Assembly (NCBI GenBank): GCA_951406725.2
Contig: OX597818.1
Coordinates: 58,280,001 to 58,344,000 of the forward strand
Direction of reading: 5' to 3'
DNA from: Octopus vulgaris
Taxonomy: Eukaryota
DNA length: 64,000 nucleotides
Below, piece after piece: positions 53,850 to 64,000 of the stretch. The position numbers and the translations under genes are program-made. How positions within the stretch are numbered: the stretch's first letter is position 1; each line of letters opens with the position of its first letter. The notes below the pieces were generated by a model that had not been told where the DNA came from, searched no databases, and saw only the letters and a program-made list of their open reading frames with translations.

Positions 53850-54040
53850 CTAAACTTAGAAAATGACACGAGCGGCATTCTAATACAAAAATCACAGCAA
53901 TTTTTGCGACACGTATTTACACCTGTTTTACATCGATTAGATGATGTGTAATCATTGTCATATATCCAACGTGTTCAATACCCTACCTCAGAGGATTACT
54001 TAAATGGATCCTTCTGTGTGAGATCTAGTGTGTGCTCATA

Positions 54041-54248
54041 CTTTTTCTCTTTCTCTCTTTTTACTTGTTTCAGTCATTTGACTGCGGCCATGCTGGAGCA
54101 CCGCCTTTAGTCGAGCCAAACAACCCCGGCACTTATTCTTTGTAAGCCCAGTAATTATTCTATTGGTCTCTTTTGCCAAACCGCTAAGTGACGGGGACGT
54201 AAACACACCAGCATCGGTTGTCAAGCAATGCTAGGGGGACAAAAACAA

Positions 54249-54279
<31 letters not shown>

Positions 54280-54445
54280 CATATATACGACAGGCTTCTT
54301 TCAGTTTCCGTCTACCAAATCCACACACAAGGCTTTGGTCGGCCCGAGGCTATAGCAGAAGACACTTGCCCAAGGTGCCACGCAGTGGGACTGAATCCGG
54401 AACCATGTGGTTGGTTAGCAAGCTACTTACCACACAGCCACTCCT
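54041..54445 (-). mobile_element. SINE family A
   Basis: Near full length. Confidence 0.9.
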
Positions 54446-54647
54446 ACGTACACACATGTGTACGGATGCGCCTTCAAGCAATTGTACACATTTCTTGTTT
54501 TCATTTCAACGTGCGTAATTCTGTCGACGTTTTACTTGCGTGTGTACACCCAAGTTTAAGAAAACGCAACGGTCCATGCGTGTGTATCTGTGTTTTAGAA
54601 AAGTAACTCATAAAATACATCATCCAAATAAATGAAGAATAATATCC

Positions 54648-54857
54648 TCTTCTATTCTAGGCACAAGGCCCCCAAAAGTTTGGAAATGGGGCCAGTCGAT
54701 TAGATCGACTCCTGTACGTAAATGATACTTAATTTATCGATCCCGGAAATGATGAACGGCAAAGTCGACCTCGGCGAAATTTGAACTCAGAACGTATTGA
54801 CAAACGAAGTGATAAGCATATCGCCCAGCATGCTAACGATTCTGTCTGCTCGCCGCC
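54648..54857 (-). mobile_element. SINE family B variant
   Basis: Matches the 39324-type copy. Confidence 0.8.
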
Positions 54858-54884
54858 CTGAAATGCAGAATAATATCGTGGTAA

Positions 54885-55251
54885 TCCGTCGGTTACGACG
54901 ACGAGGGTTCCAGTTGATGCGATCAACAGAACAGCCTGCTTTTGAACTTAACGTGTAAGTGGCTCAGCACTCCACAGACACGTGTACCATTAACATAGTA
55001 CTCGGGGGGAGATTCAGCATGACGGAGAGAGTGACAAGGTTGGTCCTTTGAAATACATGTACAACAGAAAAAGGGAGAAAGAGTGAGAGAAAGTTGTGGT
55101 CAAAGAGTACAGCAGGATTCGCCATCAACACCTGCCGGAGCCTCGTGGAGCTGTTGTCGCTCAATAAACATTCCCAATGCCTGGTCTGAGAATCGAAACT
55201 AAAATCCTATGACAGCGATTCCGCAGCCCTAAACACTGAGCCATCGCGCCT
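54885..55251 (-). mobile_element. SINE family C, diverged
   Basis: Reverse complement of the 50952 copy. Confidence 0.82.
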
Positions 55252-56664
55252 CGACGAAGAATATCATACTATTGCAGTATTAAACAACGCCCACTACACA
55301 CACAGATGCACACACACACACAAACACACGCACACACACACACGCACACACACACACACACATATATATACATATTCATAAACATATGCGTATACAAGGA
55401 AGATAAATATGTACAGATATGTAATATGTCCACATATATATACAAATGCAACACATCATTATATAGATAGGCAGACAGATATATATATATATATATATGT
55501 GCGTGGGTGTGTGAGAGGAAAGGAGCTGTTATATACGTGTATACATATGTATACAGATACATATCTGTACATACGTATGTTCGTTATATACGCATACATG
55601 TCCATATATTTGCGTCTCTTAGCGCTTGTGCATATGTGTGTCTGTGTTTGTGTGTGTATGCGAATTTGTGTGTGTTTGCATCTGTGTTTATAAGTGTGTT
55701 TTATATATATATATATGCCTTTGGATTTTGCGAATACGAACATTTGTCTATGTCTGAATAGGTGTGGTGTGTTGAAAGAGAAAAAAACGTTATTTAGAAA
55801 ATGCAGCCGACTTAAAATTTATTGATTCGTCTCGAATAGTAAATTTTTTTTCTCCTAAACAATGAACCAAAAATATATTTGATTTCATGTGTAGAAGAGA
55901 CACTGTTCTATGACTGACTAATTTGTATTTCAAGCGGTTTCGAGCATTAAATAAATAAATAGAAAAAATAGTAAGATAACTTTTTGTTTCTATTGATCAT
56001 TCCAACTGGGAAACATATTAATAATTGTTGTGCTATTACTTTTATTTTTTACTTCTTATATCGAACGGGGAAATATAACGAAGGAATATAATTTATAGCA
56101 AGCACACCTCCGTTTCCTTTCATTTTCTAATCAAGCCTAATTATATGATTTGTAGTTACACATTTTTGCTGGAATTCCATAATGTAATACAACTTTGTGC
56201 TTACCAATCTGAACGTATTCTGCTAATATTGAACTTTTCCTGAAGAACAGAAGTCTAACGGCATAAATGTATTTGTATCATAAAAGCTCGCCTAGAATTG
56301 TAGATTTTGTTGGCGAAATTTAGTGGAAAATAAAATAAGCTCTAATGAAATTCACTGGGTTAATGAACTGGCCATCATTTTAAATCTGCTGCGCCAAAAT
56401 TTCGACCTAGCCAGCAAAGAGTTCAAAACGTAATCGTTTCCTAAATCCTACTCACACGCACACACGCACACACGTGTATATATATATATATATATATATG
56501 TGTATATATATGTATGTATATATACACACACACACATATATATATACATATGTGCGTGTGTGTATCTGTGTGTGTGTAGATATATTTAGTACAACAATAG
56601 TAATAATATATTTAAATTTATATATCTTTCAGCATTGAATTACTTTATGGATGTTCTATATCTT

Positions 56665-57410
<746 letters not shown>

Positions 57411-57579
57411 TTACGGTAAAAATATTTCTTTACCTTCACCCGTTTAATACAATAAATGAGTTAATTGCATTGCAATTAAAATCATTTATGTATTAAGAAT
57501 TTGGGTACTTTACCAACAGTATATTGGATAAATGCCATCCCTTAGTGGGTTACACCCATAACCCCTATCTTACTTTGTG

Positions 57580-57698
<119 letters not shown>

Positions 57699-58137
57699 CC
57701 ACATACACCACCCCCATACACACACACACATATATATTTGTGATCATTAGTAAATTAGGAAATACTATTATTGTCCTTCACGACGTTTATGCTGTTGTAC
57801 ATTTGAAGAGTATGTTGCTGTAAATCTCCCGAAATTTCGGAACTGCAGAATAATTTAATATATAAATATCAATAAATTATAGAAAATTAATCCATTGTCT
57901 TTCTTATGAAAAAAACAATACATAAACAATATATTGATTTGCATCTAACTATAGAGCATATTACATCAATCATTGGATAATACGAACTAATGTGCATTTA
58001 TCATATCTATTCATTGTGCGTACATTCATTTGGTAATCGTTTTTCTAAAATCCTATTCCCGTTGAATAACCTATATACACAAACATGTTTTTAGTTCTCC
58101 ACTATGCCGGGCATACATACAAGCGAATGCCTGTATA

Positions 58138-58217
<80 letters not shown>

Positions 58218-58223
58218 TATATG

Positions 58224-58282
<59 letters not shown>

Positions 58283-58388
58283 ATATACACACATATATAT
58301 ATGTATATATCAATTAATTTTATTCCTATGTTTTGGTTTATGTTTTACACTGTTTGATTTGCCTAATAGTGGTTTTATCCCTAATTTA

Positions 58389-58434
<46 letters not shown>

Positions 58435-59368
58435 GCTTATGTGCATACATACATATATACATACACACACACACACACTCAATTATGTGTGTGTGTGTGT
58501 GTGTGTAATGCATAATTACATGTTAACAAAGGACATATATAATTTCAAATCTAGAAATCGAAAGAAAAGGATTGCTCCATGATCAGTATCCTCCACTCTC
58601 TCCCTCAAAAATAACATGTTCATACTGAATATCAATCATCTCCCTATGAAGGATTCGATATGGAATTGTGAGTTCATGGGCCTTTTATAATTCTGCTTTG
58701 ATAATTTTAATAAATGAGTCCACAACATGCAATCATTTCTTTTCTTTTGTCTTTAATTCAACGAGGCGGCTCTTTCAATTCCGCTTATTCACTAAATAAA
58801 ATTACCAACGGAGAAAATAATAGCACACTAAAAGCAAATATTATTTATTTTATATGGTATTTGCTTTCTCCTTCCATAATTATGAATGAATAAGCGTTCG
58901 ATATTGACCCTACCATTCTTTCTTTAGTGTTAGTTAAAATAAATAAGCTAGGAAAATGTTTATTTAATAGCACTTAACAATGAATATATTGAAAATTCAG
59001 CGACGAATAATTCAATATATTAAACGTCGATAAAACTGACAGGGAGGGCGTATGCTTGTACATGTCTAATTAATTGCATACAAGCTTTCTCTCATAAGAT
59101 TTCATCTTAAATTTCCTGAATTAAAAACATAAATATAATTAGGAGAGAATGTGTAGTGTGCACAATGGACAGTTTATATTGAATTCAATTATTTTTTGCT
59201 GCCATTTTAACAACAGCCAGAATTTTACCGAATTTTTTCTGCAAACGTAGTTCAACTTATATTTGTATATCTGATAACTTCTTTAAGGGGAATAATTACA
59301 CTACCGTTATGAATGGGTGTAGGAATCTATGTCTACAATAAATATGTACTTAAATAATTGTTGCTATA

Positions 59369-59532
59369 GGTGCAGGAGTGGCTGTGTCTTAAGTAGCTTG
59401 CTTACCAATCACATGGTCCTGGGTTCCGTTCCACTACATGGCACTTTAGGCAAGTGTCTTCAACTATAGCCTCGGGTCGACCAAATCCATGTGAGTGGAT
59501 TTTGGTAGACTGAAACTGAAAGTAGCCCGTCG

Positions 59533-59567
<35 letters not shown>

Positions 59568-59795
59568 GTATATGTATGTGTGTGTTTGTATGTGTGTGTA
59601 TATGTTCGTGAATCTGTGTTTTTCCCCTCCCACTAACATCGCTTGACAAACGATGCTGGTGTGTTTATGTCCCATGACGTAGTGGTTCGGCAAACGAGAC
59701 CGATCGAATAAGTCTCGGGGTTGATTTGCTCGACTAAAGGCGGTACTCCAGCATGGCTGCAGTCAAATGACTGAAACAAGTAAAAGAGTTAAAGA
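59369..59795 (+). mobile_element. SINE family A, diverged
   Basis: Head and tail match. Confidence 0.85.
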
Positions 59796-60042
59796 ATAGT
59801 TGTTTAATCATGTGATAGCCATGTCTTGCTAGAACTTCAATGTTTCAGCTATGATAACCCGTGTTCGACTATGCCCTCTATTTTTAGCCTTTTCGTAAGA
59901 CGGGAAAATCTGATTGGAAAAAGTATGTTAAAAATACTTTTTCTTTCAGCAGTAATTGAATATATAGTGGAGTCATTAGTGGACAATATGTATATTCAGT
60001 TTAATTTTCTTTATAAGAAGGACATTAAAAAATGAGACATAT

Positions 60043-60204
60043 GCGCAGGAGTGGCTGTGTGGTAAGTAGCTTGCTAACCAACCACATGGTTCCAGGTTCA
60101 GTCCCACTGCGTGGCATCTTGGGCAAGTGTCTTCTGCTATAGCCCCGGGCCGACCAATGCCTTGTGAGTGGATTTGGTAGACAGAAACTGAAAGAAGCTT
60201 GTCG

Positions 60205-60247
<43 letters not shown>

Positions 60248-60464
60248 TTGGGTGTCTGTGTTTGTTCCCCTAGCATTGCTTGACAACCAATGCTGGTGTG
60301 TTTACGTCCCCGTCACTTAGCGGTTCGGCAAAAAGAGACCGATAGAATAAGTACTGGGCTTACAAAAAGAATAAGTCCCGGGGTCGAGTTGCTTGACTAA
60401 AGGCGGTGCTCCAGCATGGCCGCAGTCAAATGACTGAAACAAGTAAAAAGAGAAAAGAAAAGAG
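60043..60464 (+). mobile_element. SINE family A
   Basis: Full length. Confidence 0.92.
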
Positions 60465-61258
60465 ACGTACGACGAATATTTTCTCTTCTTATTTTCAATA
60501 AACGAACATATTCAGAAAGCGGTAGGTTCGATGTTTCTCTCAAACTCCCATTATTGGTAACATGGTCAGGATTTAGTTTATCAGTCTTTTTTCACAACGT
60601 CTTTATTCCATGTAACATTTTAATACTTGATATTTCAGTGTAGGGAGCACCGTTTTTCAATTTCACAAGAACAGAACATTATATACTGACTAACAAGGCA
60701 TATCATAGTATGAATTTCCTACATTCTTCTCTACATATGTAGAAGTACATTCATACATATAACTATCAGAAAAAATACACACCACGTATACTTACAAAGG
60801 TGACGTTCTTGATTTGTGATATAACTCGAAAAACTCTGCCACAAATGGAATTGTTATTCACTATATGTTTAAAAGATACTTTTGCTGTAAAGCAATAAGC
60901 AGTGTTTCTAGAAAAAATCTTATCTTGTATCATCCTGACAGACACACGTGAAGCTAATAATGTTCCATTCAAAAGCCAGGGTATCAATCCCATTCGAAAC
61001 GCATGTTCATATTTATTTATTATTGTTCATATTTGTTCATTATTGTATGAAGGAAACAATATTTATACAATAATGAACAAATATGAAAAGCTTCGTTTCA
61101 TAAATCTATATTGATTAAGTTGATTTTATATAAAATTCATTTCTAAATTTGCCATTGGTATAAGCGAACAAATGCCACATTTTCTATCGCAAGTAAGTGG
61201 ACTGAATTATCAGAGGATGAATTTTAATACCTAACAAAGCGAGTACACATGAACAAAC

Positions 61259-61847
61259 AATTTAGGAGCCCTTAACTGTATAACTACATGAACAATATTT
61301 TTCTATATGAATAATATTTTTGTCTTATGACTAATTCGTCTTTTGTGCTGGGCACCTGGTAGTAAATAATATTACTACCCTTCTTGTTTATATTCGCATA
61401 TTACATGATGGATTTATTCGTAAAATTCTTCCCGGCATGCCCTATACTGCCGTATGAGTTTTGCGTCTGCGCAGAGATTTGAAAAGTTAAGATCTGCTAG
61501 TAGTTCGAGATCAACACATGGTCCCACATCGCTGCAGACCTCGATTAAATTTAGGCGACTCGCTGATGAAGCTAGCCTTAGCAAACATATTTTGTGTTTT
61601 GCTAGAAAGAAGCAGAAACCGCGGTTCGAGTTTAAGTTATCGGTAAACGTTTTTGATTTTCACTCTCGATAAATTCATCCCCTTTTTGTGTTCCCAGCAC
61701 TCGGCATCTTAATTTAGGAGCCCTTAACTGTATAACTACATGAACAATATTTTTCTATATGAATAATATTTTTGTCTTATGACTAATTCGTCTTTTGTGC
61801 TGGGCACCTGGTAGTAAATAATATTACTACCCTTCTTGTTTATTTTC

Positions 61848-61848
<1 letters not shown>
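61259..61848 (+). mobile_element. Retrozyme-like partial tandem element (452-bp unit plus ~134-bp identical repeat)
   Basis: 61259-61392 is repeated at 61711-61844 with a hammerhead between; ends in (TA)n. Confidence 0.78.
61558..61631 (+). ncRNA. Type I hammerhead ribozyme
   Basis: actcg-CTGATGA-agctagc...gctag..agca-GAAAC-cgcg-GTT-cgagt; stem III palindrome aaccgcggtt. Confidence 0.82.
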
Positions 61849-61888
<40 letters not shown>

Positions 61889-61889
<1 letters not shown>

Positions 61890-62279
61890 TAGCAGTATCG
61901 CCCGGCGTTGCTCGGGTTTGTAAGGGAAATAACTATATAAGCATTTTCAGAGATGTAAAGTATAATAGCCATCTCAATATGGCTAACCACAAAGGGGTGT
62001 TACTGTAGCTTTTTACGTTCTGAGTTTTAATAATAAATTTTTAGAGAGTTACTTCTCTTATATATGCCCAAAATGCATTAAAAATGGGAAAAATTGATGG
62101 TAATTTTTTTAAAATCGTAGACTCATCGTAGACGCGCGCTAATACCCAGAAGGGCTCGATATGAATCACGACTATAAGATACCCGGTTTTGGTTAAACTG
62201 CACCGCAAAATGTGGGAGTAGTTAGGAATCTAAATCGTAGGAGACAGACAGCACACAAACTCACTTTTATATATAAAGA
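61889..62279 (-). mobile_element. Non-autonomous Helitron
   Basis: Same termini and A|T target. Confidence 0.85.
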
Positions 62280-62894
62280 TATATATATACACATACATAT
62301 ATGCACACACACATATGCACACACACACATATATACACACACACATATATAGGGAAATGAAAAAATTAAATATAAACGCATATCTCTGACGGCCATTTAT
62401 GCTGTTTGTTCAAACTGACATTCCTGTACTAATAAAAAAAAAAATATTTGTGTCTGCAATTTCAAAGGAGAAATATTGTATTACATCAAAATAATTGTTA
62501 TGAGTTAAGATGTAATATATACCATTAGATAAATAATTATGGTGGAGTGGTGAAGTTTATTATTTGTTTTGACGCATTTACAGTTATGTACCAGACAGTC
62601 AGATCTGTATTTTGCTATTAGTTTGAGTTTGTGCAGAGCAGACTTTATCTGAATAAAGCACATTGGGAAAAGTTTCTTGCTTATCATAACTATCCGTTAA
62701 TTACATTTTAAAACCTAATAGAACACTCTCTGGAAATAGGGAATTTAGCAACTCAGGTCACAAAATTGATCACAGAAGCTAATCAAGCAGAAAAATACCA
62801 GTGCACGTATTATGCTTAGTTATGCTAAGAGCAACAACACAGACACACAAGAACACATACACGAACACATATATGCTTATATATGTATATATGT

Positions 62895-62935
<41 letters not shown>

Positions 62936-62954
62936 TGATAGTTGTATATATATG

Positions 62955-63052
<98 letters not shown>

Positions 63053-63075
63053 CATTCATGTTAATTTCTGCGTAT

Positions 63076-63134
63076 ATTCCCCTGATGAGGCAAAGCATTT
63101 CTAAATGCAAACCCACAAATCCGGGATCTGGAAT
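63076..63134 (+). ncRNA. Hammerhead motif (G12 substituted), paralog of 21699-21756
   Basis: attccc-CTGATGA-ggc...ccc-a-CAAA-tccggga-TC-tggaat. Confidence 0.55.
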
Positions 63135-63277
63135 TATCGAGTCATTTTTTGCTAGTTTTATTTTGTCTTTTTGTCTTCTGTCCTTGTGCTGTATGGACAT
63201 TTAATGTGAATTTAGAGTCAGATTGTGGCTGCTATTTTCAGCGTGGCGCTATCTCGTAGATACCTTAATATACATAA

Positions 63278-63332
<55 letters not shown>

Positions 63333-63719
63333 GCAGACAGTATAATGTTACGAGCTACTAAAATTTACTATTACTTTTTTCGCGAAGCGAGTTTAAAACT
63401 GTTTCATGCCTCAAAGCAATTGTCTCGTTTTTGACTGTATGGTCTATTGAATTTGCAAATTAGTAGCGGATTTATAAATTCAATAAACCATTCGCTCTGA
63501 TCCTGGGGATAGTTCGGAGACGCAAAAAGTTTATTAAAAAATGGCTAGAGCGGCGACTCCAAGGAAGAAGGTATTGTTACGTCGTTAAACCGCATATTTA
63601 CACTGAGTACATTAATAGGATAGAGTGCATGTCTGGTGACCTTACATTATCAGAAGTGTACATAATATATACACATATATACGTACATATTTACTTATAT
63701 ACTTACATACATACATACT

Positions 63720-63808
<89 letters not shown>

Positions 63809-63874
63809 TATTTATTTCTTTTATTTTATCTAGTTTCAGCTCACGAGCTGTGGCCATGCTGGGGCACCGCCATA

Positions 63875-63925
<51 letters not shown>

Positions 63926-64000
63926 AAATATTAGGGAATAAATCCAAACTTACAGGGAAAAATCAGATTTAGGATTGAATCCAATTTTATAGTAAAATAT

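Overview
AT-rich, repeat-saturated eukaryotic DNA with no recognisable host protein-coding gene, tRNA or rRNA. Nearly all ORFs in the supplied track are translated (TA)n/(CA)n microsatellites or SINE sequence. The SINE families look like those of an octopus (cephalopod) genome; this is recognition from memory, not a database check. Standard content: four families of tRNA-derived SINEs (about 30 copies, one family in head-to-tail multimers), four non-autonomous Helitrons, an internally deleted mariner, a Tigger/pogo-like MITE, a decayed Gypsy LTR element (LTR, PBS, gag) and three different CR1-group LINE 3' ends. The main unannotated signal is a dense set of about 15 type I minimal hammerhead ribozyme (HHR) motifs from many sequence families, most with a palindromic stem III. 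They sit in short elements embedded in (TA)n that form partial tandem repeats (retrozyme-like 1.3-mers) or head-to-head foldbacks. A Penelope-like GIY-YIG endonuclease ORF flanked by HHR motifs (25290-25769) is a plausible relative or mobiliser. Coordinates were read by eye and element ends may be off by a few bases.
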